Virus record (IMG/VR): IMGVR_UViG_3300049491_000083 | Coordinates: 1-64,000 of that record | Direction: 5' to 3' (one strand) | From: a virus | Length of the DNA stretch: 64,000 bases | Part shown: positions 17,011 through 26,260 of the stretch, in pieces | Numbering within the stretch: position 1 is the stretch's first letter | Layout of the letters: each line of letters opens with the position of its first letter | Translations under genes and position numbers: made by a program | Notes under the pieces: model-generated | What the model was told of the DNA's origin: nothing | What the model saw: only the letters and a program-made list of their open reading frames with translations | Databases searched by the model: none

Positions 17011-17289
17011 TTATAGCGTATCCGCAACAATAGTGACAAGGCGCTGAGACAGGTCTGTCCTGTCATGCTCCTTGTCGGCAAGGGCCTTGGCAATCAGGGG
17101 CCATGCCCCCATGCGCCGTGGGTGCTTCTTCACTACCCCGGACTTTACCCCGCTGATATCGCTGTATGCATAGGCATAGTTGCCCTTGATGTAGTTGCCT
17201 GTTGCGTCATTCGCAATCAGCATGGTCTCTATCATGGTTGCCTTGGACTCATCGCCATGGGGCACGAGTTCTACGGTTATCCTGATCAT
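17011..17289 (-). CDS. Hypothetical protein
   Basis: MIRITVELVP.G...IAND.TG...GNY; leaderless after TTGACA...TACAAT. Confidence 0.65.
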   Translation of the reverse strand: MIRITVELVPHGDESKATMIETMLIANDATGNYIKGNYAYAYSDISGVKSGVVKKHPRRMGAWPLIAKALADKEHDRTDLSQRLVTIVADTL

Positions 17290-17691
17290 GCTTTTATTGT
17301 ACCGCGAATTCGGCCAAATGTCAAAAATTTTTTGCAGACCGAATTTGGGCAAATGTTAAAATTTTGGAAACTAGGACGATACGTAAAAACAGAAAGCAGC
17401 GCCCCGCTCTTTAGTGCGCACATAAGCACCAAAAAGCGTTGGCATTGCTAGGCTTACAGCCCTGCCTCTGTGATGAAGTTCAAGTATGCATATGCAATGC
17501 CTATGAGAATGAAGCCTACAATTGCTCCCCGCGTTGTCAGCATCATTAGTAGATCCTCACATTCCAGATCGTGCATTCCTGTGCGTTGTTGATAGCAGAG
17601 GCGAGGTAGTGAAGCAACTGCCTATCACTGTTAGCCTCATACTCAATGGTAGTCGTACCCATCACGCTATCCAGATCGAATACTAGCGTAC

Positions 17692-19048
17692 TCATAGTGA
17701 CTGCTCCATCCTTGTGATGATCGTAAGGCCATGCTTCACAGCCTGTCGTGCAGTGGTATCGAAGCCACGCTCAATAGCAACGTCAGCAGCGAAGTCAAGT
17801 AGTTCTACTATCTGCTCCCACTCATTAGCCCTGAAGGTGATGGTGATAGGGGTAGTGCTCATTAGTGCCTCACACAGAAGGCGTGACCCTTGCGGCACTC
17901 AAAGAATGCACCGTCATCGGTCACGGTATCGAAGTAAAGAGCGGGAGCCACAGGCTCAGGCATAGGGTAGAGGGAAGAGCAAGCGTCAGCAAGCCAATTC
18001 CACTGAGAGCCGCACTCGCATGACACAAGGCCACGCACATAACGGTGCTGGTACATGTTAGACATGAGCATCCATCCAATCCCACACGTCCATGACAATG
18101 TGAGTCTTGCGAGGAAGGTCAGAGACAGTACCCACGTAGGTACCGTCGATCCGATCAGTCTCTTCGATGTGATCCCGGTGGATCTCAACATCGTAGCAGT
18201 CGTTGGAGTAAGGCCCAAAGACAAAGTAGGTGAAGGGCAGCCGACCCTTAGCGGTGTCATGATACACATGGTAGGTGGGGAGAGTCATTCTCTTACCTTC
18301 TTTCTATCTAGTCCTAGACTACACCCTGTACCCGCGAAAAGCAAGCCCAAAACGGACAATGACTGGTCATGCAATGGTCAATGACTGGTCATGCTGGGCG
18401 CGGGGTCACCAACCCCCATCATCAAAGGATTCGTCACCGAAGAAACCATAGTCCTCATCAGTACCCCACCCAGCAGAGGCGAGCGTATCAGCATCAGCCT
18501 CAGCATCACTCATTTGATACCCCTCGTACATGGCATCATCGAACTCTGCTTCCATCTCAGCATGATCCTCAGGCTCAAGGTCATCCCACTCGTACTCATC
18601 CATTAGATCAGCCTCTCAGGCTCAGGTGCATCGGGTGTGTTGTACAGGTCACCTAGGTAGGCATCCCATTGCTCTTGGGTCATGAGGCCCTTGTACTCAT
18701 GGCATGTGGGGCACACTACCGTACCATGTGCCCACTGGTTGTCACAGAAGCAACAGACAATGTAGTCGTACTCAGTCTCATCTGCATACCCGGTCATCGC
18801 ACGTACCATGCCTCATCGCTCACGTTGCTACGGGTGATGGGGGCCAGCATATCGAAGCCCCACAGGGCAGTAGTGCTCTCATGGCACACAGGGCAGGGGC
18901 CATAGGCCACGTTCGTCCACCCATCACCACGGGAATGCGTACCCGCGTAGGGCAGGGGGTTGTGCAGGCCACGGCCCTCATAGGCACACTCTACACAGTC
19001 AATGGTGGCAGGGCTATGCTCTGCCTCGGTCTCTAGAATCTCACTCAT
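17692..19048 (-). other. Cluster of small leftward hypothetical genes (17692-17862, 17862-18056, 18058-18288, 18406-18603, 18603-18797, 18794-19048)
   Basis: Abutting short ORFs, several acidic or with CxxC motifs, downstream of leftward promoters. Confidence 0.6.
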
Positions 19049-19140
19049 AGGGCTACTCTAGCACAGGGGGCTGACAGAAGCAACCCTGTAGGGCGGTCAA
19101 TTCGGTCATTGACCGGTCAAAGGTTTGCGGGGCGCGGCAA

Positions 19141-19575
19141 TTTGGTAACCTAGGCTTGCCAAACCTATCTGGGTACTTTGGGCCGTAGCCCTCACCATAT
19201 GTTGAGTGGTCGGGGAGAGGTTGGACTTCACTCTCACCCTTCCAAGTTGAGCGGAGGGTAACGCCTAAGCGATAGACCATAGCGATAACGCAGTCATCCC
19301 TCCGCAAGATTGTGTAGGCTGGGGATCATGGAAAGTCCCGCATTTAATACCCTCCCGGTTCGTTTGGGTAACCTAGGGCTTATGCAGGCATTGGTGGCGA
19401 GAACCTCATTTAACATCGAACGTGTCACTATTTGTACCTGCTGCCATTGGGGTTTCGTAGACTAGGCTAACCCGGCCTTGCCGGAGCGTTCGTTCCATAC
19501 TTCTGAGTTCTTGCTAACCCGGTCTGCACCGGAGCGTACCTCAGTTTTCCCAAGATCTTGGTTGTTCCTCTATGT
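19141..19575 (-). ncRNA. Candidate ~430-nt structured non-coding RNA
   Basis: No credible ORF; leftward -10 TAGAGT at ~19588-19593; duplicated hairpins and long stems. Confidence 0.5.
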
Positions 19576-19773
19576 TCTTATAGTGCTACTCTACAGGAAA
19601 ATCTGGCAAAACACAAGCCAAAAACGGTCATTGACCGGTCAGCCAGTGGTCATTGACCAGTCATCGCTCGGCGCGGAGCGCCCCGTCCTTCGTTATGAAA
19701 CCGTTACCAAATAGGCTTGATTATTCGGTCTGTTTGTGATAGGCTGGCGTTAACGCCAACGAAAGGACACACC

Positions 19774-19881
19774 ATGGCTATCTTCGAATTCTCTGACGGC
19801 TTCGACGCTCAGGGCTGGTACATGGAGCAGATGCGTAAGGGTCACTTTGACGAGGACTTCGACTATGGGGACGAGGGGTAA
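19774..19881 (+). CDS. 35-aa acidic peptide
   Basis: GAAAGGA RBS; own promoter (TTGATT...TAGGCT); MAIFEFSDGFDAQGWYMEQMRKGHFDEDFDYGDEG. Confidence 0.6.
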   Translation: MAIFEFSDGFDAQGWYMEQMRKGHFDEDFDYGDEG

Positions 19882-19909
19882 CCCTCTCCCGCGCCCCTTT
19901 CGGGGTAGT

Positions 19910-20860
19910 CTACGAATCCCATTCCATATTTCGCAGGGCCACGGAAATATCACGCTTAAGAGTTTCAATTGTCCTGAGTGCTTGTCCCAGAAGGATGAGG
20001 TCATTGTTGGTTGCCTGCACGAATGCATTGTCAAGATAGTTGCTGACATAGTTGGCATGATTCATCGCCAACTTGAGTTCATGCGAGTAGTTGAACTCAC
20101 GCATGGTCATCTGCTTGTTTGACTTCATTCTACTTCCCATGTTTGCAGTTGATAGAACCTCTGGTACTGTACCGGTTGAGATTCGATGTAGTATTGGGCA
20201 TCCATCGCATCACTGAAGATATGATCAAGGAACTTGGCACCGTCGCCAAGGTAGAATACGCAGAATACGTCCATCATCGCTTCTTAATCTCGTAGTTGTC
20301 GTAGTCCTTCTCGCCCATTGCTCGCTTGTGACCCTGAACATAGGTGAGTGCACGAGGGTAGTCAGAAAAGAACGAGAGGTATTGGCCCTTGTAGAACACA
20401 GTAAACAGCGGGGGAGGATTCAGGTCATCCTCAGTCAGCATAGGATTAGGCATCGACAACCTCCGAGAAGAGATAGATGACGTATGCACGAGAGGCAATG
20501 GAGGGATGCAGATTCCTACCCGCCTCAAACAGCGACTCAGCCTTGACAAGAATCTGACGAGGCTCGTCATCGTGCGAATACTCAACGGCATAGATGTTCA
20601 TTCAGACTTCTCCTTGATAATCTCAGTCCAGTGGACGTAGCAAAGCGGGGTACCCGCCCAATTCTTGAATGCGGGGGTATCACAGTACCCAAACTCACAG
20701 ATCACGGTAAAGGTATCCATTAGAACGGAGCCTTCCAGAACTCTTCACCGTCAACGATGACGCAATCCTCACCTACCCGCAGAACCACGGAGTAGTCAAA
20801 CGCGGCATCGTAGTCCGCGAGCATCCAGTAAACGGACGCCCAATGCTCTGACAGTGACAT
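19910..20860 (-). other. Cluster of small leftward hypothetical genes
   Basis: Abutting short ORFs with AAGGAG/AAAGGT RBSs. Confidence 0.5.
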
Positions 20861-21059
20861 TTCGTACCTTTCTGATCTGGTAGTCTCAGACTAACATGGG
20901 GGTCTGACACTCCCTGTCTGGATATTGGGGCAAAACGGACACCAAATATAACAGAATGGTAACGGTTTGCGGGGCGCTCGGTAGAAACGTTATCAAACTG
21001 TTACATAAATGGTCGCTCAAACGACCATAAATGTCAGACCCCTCTGCTACAGTGTTCCT

Positions 21060-21317
21060 ATGAGTACACAGGTGAGCATTCAGAGTGCGTGTGGCAGGAT
21101 CACTACGAGCATCGACCTCTTCGATCTTGAATTGAATCCTCATGGGGTGGTCTGCTGCCCCGAGTGCGAACTCATCATTGAGTCTCGTGATGCGTGGCTG
21201 GGTGTCTGCTATGAATGCGGAACTGATGTTCACCTGTACCCCGACACTCTCTGCCCTGAGTGTGCCTCGCAGTATATGTCCGACTACACGAAAGAGAAGT
21301 GGGGAGGTAGGTGGTAG
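21060..21317 (+). CDS. Cys-rich zinc-binding hypothetical protein (leaderless)
   Basis: CPEC, CYEC, CPEC; -10 TACAGT 6 nt before ATG. Confidence 0.55.
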   Translation: MSTQVSIQSACGRITTSIDLFDLELNPHGVVCCPECELIIESRDAWLGVCYECGTDVHLYPDTLCPECASQYMSDYTKEKWGGRW

Positions 21318-21544
21318 TGAGCAGGGTTGAATTCCATCGGGTTGATCATCCCTTCGTAGACGAGATTGGTGTCTATGACGTAGATGGTGATATTGCTGCG
21401 TCTGTTATTGGATTCCGGGGCAATCGTGCTGTCACTGAGCCGATCCTTGAATTCTCAGACTACGCAAAGGCGTACAGCATCATGACGGCATATGGCAATG
21501 TGCCTCTCTATGTTATTAGTGCGTTCGTCAGGGATCACTCCTGA
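21311..21544 (+). CDS. Hypothetical protein
   Basis: GGAGG RBS; overlaps previous gene. Confidence 0.5.
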   Translation: MVVSRVEFHRVDHPFVDEIGVYDVDGDIAASVIGFRGNRAVTEPILEFSDYAKAYSIMTAYGNVPLYVISAFVRDHS

Positions 21545-21757
21545 CGTTCCGCGCCCCGTTTTAGATCGTTACGAGATTGTTACAAATCCCCAATGCAACG
21601 TGTTACAAAGTATGTTATCATATTGTTACCTAAAAAGACCCCATTTCGCTTGCATCACTGGCTGATCTATGGTACCTTTAGGTTACTGGATCGGAGGAAG
21701 CGAGAGCCAAATCTGATCCCGGTCGGTTTCTTAAAAACTACACAGTGGAAATAGCAA

Positions 21758-21832
21758 GCACTCTTGGTGTAACGGTAGCACAGCGGATTCCAAACCCGCT
21801 AGGTGTGGGTTCGAATCCTACGGAGTGTGCCA
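21758..21832 (+). tRNA. tRNA-Trp(CCA)
   Basis: Loop TTCCAAA; encoded CCA. Confidence 0.9.
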
Positions 21833-21833
21833 T

Positions 21834-21906
21834 GGTCCTATAGAGCAGCGGAGTGCTCGTCACCCTGTCACGGTGAAGGTCACGGGTTCGAATCCCGTTA
21901 GGATCG
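21834..21906 (+). tRNA. tRNA-Asp(GTC)
   Basis: TCACC-CTGTCAC-GGTGA. Confidence 0.93.
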
Positions 21907-21951
21907 CGTTTGGCTAGGTACCTTATTAAAACAGGAGGCTAGCCACACCAT

Positions 21952-22033
21952 GTATGAGTTGAGCAGGCGGTGTGCTCAGCAGGCTGTAACCCTGTAGCCT
22001 TTGGGCATGGAGGTTCGATTCCTCTCTCATACA
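21952..22033 (+). tRNA. tRNA-Tyr(GTA)
   Basis: GCAGG-CTGTAAC-CCTGT; long variable arm. Confidence 0.9.
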
Positions 22034-22037
22034 CTCT

Positions 22038-22109
22038 GGCCCTATCGTCTATTGGTTAGGATGTGACCCTTTCAAGGTTGCGGAGAGAGTTCGATCCTCT
22101 CTAGGGCTA
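22038..22109 (+). tRNA. tRNA-Glu(TTC)
   Basis: TGACC-CTTTCAA-GGTTG. Confidence 0.9.
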
Positions 22110-22203
22110 CGGTCGGTGGCAGCACCGAGGCTGGTCAAGGACTCCCCCAATACCAGTCAAAGCGGAACCAGTGACGGGAGATTGCTGGGAATGTGGCTGC
22201 TTC

Positions 22204-22277
22204 GCCTCTGTAGTTTAATGGCAAAACAACTGTTTAGTAATCAGTTGACGAGGGTTCGATTCCTTCTAGAGGCTCCA
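22204..22277 (+). tRNA. tRNA-Thr(AGT)
   Basis: Loop TTAGTAA; GCC/GGC acceptor, U73; encoded CCA. Confidence 0.88.
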
Positions 22278-22278
22278 T

Positions 22279-22350
22279 TCTCCACTCGCCCAACGGCAGG
22301 GCAGCAGACTGTTAATCTGTACGGTCTTGGTTCGAATCCAAGGTGGAGAG
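22279..22350 (+). tRNA. tRNA-Asn(GTT)
   Basis: GCAGA-CTGTTAA-TCTGT. Confidence 0.93.
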
Positions 22351-22356
22351 CGTCAA

Positions 22357-22430
22357 TGCGAGGTCATCTAATGGCAAGATGCAAGGCTCTGAACCTTGTC
22401 ACCGGAGTTCGACCCTCTGCCTCGCAGCCA
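22357..22430 (+). tRNA. tRNA-Gln(CTG)
   Basis: CAAGG-CTCTGAA-CCTTG; CCA. Confidence 0.92.
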
Positions 22431-22431
22431 A

Positions 22432-22506
22432 GGGGGTGTAGTAGTAACGGTAACACAACTGTCTTGCACACAGTTATTCGGGGTTCGAATCCCCGCACTT
22501 CCACCA
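22432..22506 (+). tRNA. tRNA-Ala(TGC)
   Basis: ACTGT-CTTGCAC-ACAGT; G3:U70; CCA. Confidence 0.92.
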
Positions 22507-22507
22507 C

Positions 22508-22579
22508 GGGATTGAAGCATTAATGGTGATGCTCTAGACTCTTAATCTTGAGATGAAGGTTCAAGTCCTTCCAGTCCCA
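22508..22579 (+). tRNA. tRNA-Lys(CTT)
   Basis: Loop CTCTTAA. Confidence 0.88.
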
Positions 22580-22580
22580 C

Positions 22581-22652
22581 TGAGTCATGGTGAAACGGTT
22601 ATCACAGGATTCTGATACAGTCCTATTCCGGGTTCGATTCCCGGTGACTCTA
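22581..22652 (+). tRNA. tRNA-Ile(GAT)
   Basis: GGATT-CTGATAC-AGTCC. Confidence 0.88.
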
Positions 22653-22653
22653 C

Positions 22654-22724
22654 GCGAATGTTGCATAATGGTAGTGCCTCTGCCTTCCAAGCAGACGGTG
22701 CGGGTTCGATTCCCGCTATTCGCT
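22654..22724 (+). tRNA. tRNA-Gly(TCC)
   Basis: TCTGC-CTTCCAA-GCAGA. Confidence 0.92.
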
Positions 22725-22729
22725 CGCCT

Positions 22730-22805
22730 GCCTCTCTAGTTTAATGGCAAAACCGCGTGCTTTTACCACGTCAGACTGGGGGTTCGAATCCCTCGGGGGG
22801 CACCA
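22730..22805 (+). tRNA. tRNA-Lys(TTT)
   Basis: GCGTG-CTTTTAC-CACGT; CCA. Confidence 0.88.
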
Positions 22806-22806
22806 A

Positions 22807-22881
22807 GCAAGATTAACTCAACGGTAGAGTTCCTGTCTTACACACAGGCGGTTGGGGGTTCGAATCCCTCATCTTGCACCA
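22807..22881 (+). tRNA. tRNA-Val(TAC)
   Basis: CCTGT-CTTACAC-ACAGG; CCA. Confidence 0.93.
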
Positions 22882-22882
22882 C

Positions 22883-22955
22883 GCCTCTATAGTTCAATGG
22901 ATAGAGCATCTGGCTTCGAACCAGAATGTTGGGAGTTCGAATCTCTCTAGGGGCA
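22883..22955 (+). tRNA. tRNA-Arg(TCG)
   Basis: TCTGG-CTTCGAA-CCAGA. Confidence 0.92.
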
Positions 22956-22957
22956 CT

Positions 22958-23031
22958 GTGACTATGGTGTAATGGCAACATGATTGGTTGTGTCCCAATC
23001 GTTGAGGGTTCAAATCCCTCTAGTCACCCCA
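22958..23031 (+). tRNA. tRNA-His(GTG)
   Basis: ATTGG-TTGTGTC-CCAAT; C73; CCA. Confidence 0.9.
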
Positions 23032-23103
23032 CGCGAGGTAGCATAAAGGTAGTGCGTCGGTCTCATAAACCGAAGAGTGATGGTTCAATTCCATCCCCCG
23101 CGA
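23032..23103 (+). tRNA. tRNA-Met(CAT)
   Basis: TCGGT-CTCATAA-ACCGA. Confidence 0.88.
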
Positions 23104-23107
23104 CTCA

Positions 23108-23178
23108 GGGTTATTAGCACAGTGGAAGTGCATCCGGTTGAAGCCCGGAGGACGGTGGTTCGATTCCATCATTTCCCA
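23108..23178 (+). tRNA. tRNA-Phe(GAA)
   Basis: TCCGG-TTGAAGC-CCGGA; two T:T mismatches in acceptor stem. Confidence 0.85.
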
Positions 23179-23182
23179 CTCT

Positions 23183-23271
23183 GGAAGGGCTGCCATTGGT
23201 GAGGTAAACTGTCTTGAAAACAGCCGTGGGTAATTCTGCTTGATTGGGTTCGATTCCCTCCCCTTCCGCCA
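23183..23271 (+). tRNA. tRNA-Ser(TGA)
   Basis: Loop CTTGAAA; long variable arm; G73; CCA. Confidence 0.85.
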
Positions 23272-23272
23272 T

Positions 23273-23344
23273 GCCCCTATAGTAGAATGGATAGTGCATC
23301 CCTCTCCTAAAGGGAAGATTCAGGTTCGACTCCTGATAGGGGCA
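23273..23344 (+). tRNA. tRNA-Arg(CCT)
   Basis: TCCCT-CTCCTAA-AGGGA. Confidence 0.9.
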
Positions 23345-23434
23345 CTCCGCGCCACGCGATGATCGTTATACGATTGTTACCAAAATCCGCTGTTTCCACT
23401 TGTGTTTCCAATCCATCTATGATAGGCTCATCAC

Positions 23435-23782
23435 ATGAGCAGGACAGATGCACACCGCCCCTTCAAGGCACAGGTCCCCGATGCCCCTCGTGCGTGGCAT
23501 GATCACTCCAATGGCGTATGCGACCTTCCCTCGTTGGAAGAGTGGCAGCGTATGAACCGGCGTATGTGGTGGACCCGTACCCGCTGCACTTGGCAGCCTG
23601 CCAACTGGCACACCTACAAGGGCTTCAAGCGTAACAAGGGTGAGGGCCAGTGGATCGCTGATCAGCGGTACAGGAAGTACGCTGATCATCCTGACAACTA
23701 TGATCTTGACATTGAAGAAGAAGAGCCGGAAGAAATCATCGAAGGCTGTATGTGGTGCTGTGGAGGATATGATGTACGTTAG
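23435..23782 (+). CDS. Hypothetical protein (leaderless)
   Basis: MSRTDAHRP...HDHSNGVCDLP; -10 TAGGCT 6 nt before ATG. Confidence 0.6.
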   Translation: MSRTDAHRPFKAQVPDAPRAWHDHSNGVCDLPSLEEWQRMNRRMWWTRTRCTWQPANWHTYKGFKRNKGEGQWIADQRYRKYADHPDNYDLDIEEEEPEEIIEGCMWCCGGYDVR

Positions 23783-24111
23783 CGATACCGTTCTGAACGT
23801 GGTCTATGAAGAGACCCTCATTCTGCTCATTGAGCGAATGTCTGTTCATCCTCTGTTTGATCCTGAGTGTGATTGCATGATGCACTACTGCCAGTGTGAA
23901 CATCAGGGATGGATTCAGGCTGTGGCCTACATCGAAGATTGTCTGACGGGAGCCAAATGAGAGACATTGATTCCATACCCCAGAAAGAGTGGGAACTGAT
24001 TGGTGATGCCGTGGTCATGGCGATTGACATAGCAGACCAGTTGGGTCTGGCCATTGCAACAGACTTCTCCAATGCACTATTCGAACTAGAGAGCCGAAGG
24101 CCATTCCAAAC

Positions 24112-24570
24112 ATGAACACCGCTTTTATCGTTGATATGGATGGGACGCTCGCTGACGTGCGTACCATTCGTCATCATGTTCGGCAACGTCCGAAGAACTT
24201 CGATGCCTTCCATGCTGAATCAGTCAATGTTCCTCCGCATGATCATGTAGTTGAACAGGTACGTCAGGCCAAGGCTGATGGTCACGATATCATTATCGTT
24301 ACCGCTCGCAATGCCAAGTGGCGTAACCATACTGCCATGTGGCTTGCCCTGCACGACATTCCCAATGATGCCCTGTTCATGCGTAAGAACAAGGATCAGC
24401 GGGTAGATGTTGAGGTCAAGCGTGACATTCTCAATGTAATCCGAGAGTCTTGGACTGTTGTCCATGCCATTGATGACAACCCTTCGATCATCGAACTCTG
24501 GGAATCCGAGGGTATCCCGACTACTCACGTAGAAGGTTGGGAAGTGGGTATTGACAGCAACACCCGCTGA
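24112..24570 (+). CDS. HAD-family phosphatase, T4 PNKP 3'-phosphatase-like (no kinase domain)
   Basis: DMDGTLAD, VTAR, LFMR...D...K, IDDNP motifs. Confidence 0.85.
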   Translation: MNTAFIVDMDGTLADVRTIRHHVRQRPKNFDAFHAESVNVPPHDHVVEQVRQAKADGHDIIIVTARNAKWRNHTAMWLALHDIPNDALFMRKNKDQRVDVEVKRDILNVIRESWTVVHAIDDNPSIIELWESEGIPTTHVEGWEVGIDSNTR

Positions 24571-24603
24571 TGCTATACTTGAGACCTACACAAAGGAGAA
24601 CAT

Positions 24604-24741
24604 ATGGCAACAGTTGGCCAGTCCTTCACCACTGCACAGTCAGGCGTGACAGGCATTATCAAGGAAGTTCATCCCCGCTCTAATGGCGAGGTTCTGCTTC
24701 TGGACGTGAATGGTTCCGAGCGTTGGACCACTGCACGCTGA
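24604..24741 (+). CDS. Small hypothetical protein (45 aa)
   Basis: AAAGGAG RBS; promoter TTGACA-17-TATACT at 24551. Confidence 0.6.
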   Translation: MATVGQSFTTAQSGVTGIIKEVHPRSNGEVLLLDVNGSERWTTAR

Positions 24742-25246
24742 AAACAGTGCTACAATAACAGAATAACTTAGGGAATGTGACCGCGAATACTGGGTTCGCA
24801 TCGACTCACTCCCCAAAGAGGGTGGTACTGAACAGAGCACGGCTCCACCATCCTTCAATAGCCTGAAAAAGACAGCATAGACAGGCACTCTACTTCCCCC
24901 TTGGGACTGGACCTAGATCCTCCCTTGGGGGAGTTTCATTTTCCGCGCCCCGCCCTTCGAATCGTTACGAAGCCGTTACCAAATCCCCCGCCTCCGGGCT
25001 TGACTTTCCAGCCAATATAGACTAGGGTGGGTCTATGACCATCCACCGACGCAAGCGGACCCGCGAAGAAATCCAGTATTGGCAGGATATTCGCCGGTCT
25101 AATGCGGCTCAGCCGCACCGTAATAAGTCTAAGTATTCACGCAAGGCTAAGCACAAGGGAAAAGAATATGTATGAGTTTCTATGGTTTATTGGCATGGTA
25201 GTATTCGGTGCCCTCCTAATCGCCTTCGTCCTAGATCGGTAATAAA

Positions 25247-25993
25247 TTGACTACTGCACTTGCTACCCGCTCCCTTATCGCATCCAAGGATCGTAAGGTG
25301 GCTTCCGCTACTAATGCTGCCGGTACTCAGGCTGCCTTTGAGAATACCTTTGGCCTTGCTAATGGCAAGGCTAATTCTTGTGTAGAGGCAACCGACTACT
25401 GCGAACTTATCTGCTATGCGGGTAAACTGGAAAACCTGTTTACTGCCGTTGGCGTTAATATGCTGCACAATTGGAATCTGCTAAAGGATGCCAACCTCAT
25501 TGACACGTTCGATATGCTCAATGAGATTATCTATGTATTCGATACTAAGTCGGATAAGCGTGGGTCAGAGAAGATTTATCGTATCCATTGGGACGGTGAC
25601 TTTTTCTCCCCCGAGTATATCGAAGCGTGGGCATGTATCATCATGCTCTACCCTCAGATTCAGTTTTGGGTTTACACCCGTAATGCTGCGGCTGCCGTTG
25701 CCCTGCATAAGATGACGCTTACTAACCTGTCGCTCTACTTTTCTGGCGACCCGTCGAATAAGCCTATCGCAGAAATGCTGCACCGTACCTACGGTATCCG
25801 AATTGCTTTCGTAGCCGAGACTTTCGCAGACTCGCAGGCAGCACTAAAGGATATCACCGGAAAGCCGGGAGCAAGGTGCCCCGAGCAGACTAAGCAAATT
25901 AAACTTATCTCTGAGGCAGGGTCGGCATGTTCCGTGTGCGGCCTTTGCGTTTGGAATAAGGCCAACATCGCATTCTCTAGGAGCAAGAAATAA
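25247..25993 (+). CDS. GP88-family radical-SAM-like Fe-S protein
   Basis: C-x6-C-x3-CYA, RIHWDGDFF, FWVYTR, C-terminal CP...CxxCxxC. Confidence 0.75.
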   Translation: MTTALATRSLIASKDRKVASATNAAGTQAAFENTFGLANGKANSCVEATDYCELICYAGKLENLFTAVGVNMLHNWNLLKDANLIDTFDMLNEIIYVFDTKSDKRGSEKIYRIHWDGDFFSPEYIEAWACIIMLYPQIQFWVYTRNAAAAVALHKMTLTNLSLYFSGDPSNKPIAEMLHRTYGIRIAFVAETFADSQAALKDITGKPGARCPEQTKQIKLISEAGSACSVCGLCVWNKANIAFSRSKK

Positions 25994-26260
25994 TGCCCAA
26001 GGTTGAAATGCCGCGTGCATCATGGGAAAGTCTATTGGCTATGCTATCCATGCTGGATTCATGGCACGTTGATCCTACTCAGGTTGATATCATGTACCGC
26101 GAAATCTCCGAGCAGGTTTATAGTCAGGAGTATTAGCAGGCCCTTCGGGGTCCGCGCCCAGCAAGACCTTGTTACGAAATCGTTATTAAATCCCCAGTTC
26201 TAGGGCTTGACATGGGCCGGGTATGGGTGTAGAGTAAGCATTACCAACTAAGGAGACAAC

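Noticed and set aside
22116-22523. 135-aa ORF
   Set aside because: Reads through several tRNA genes.
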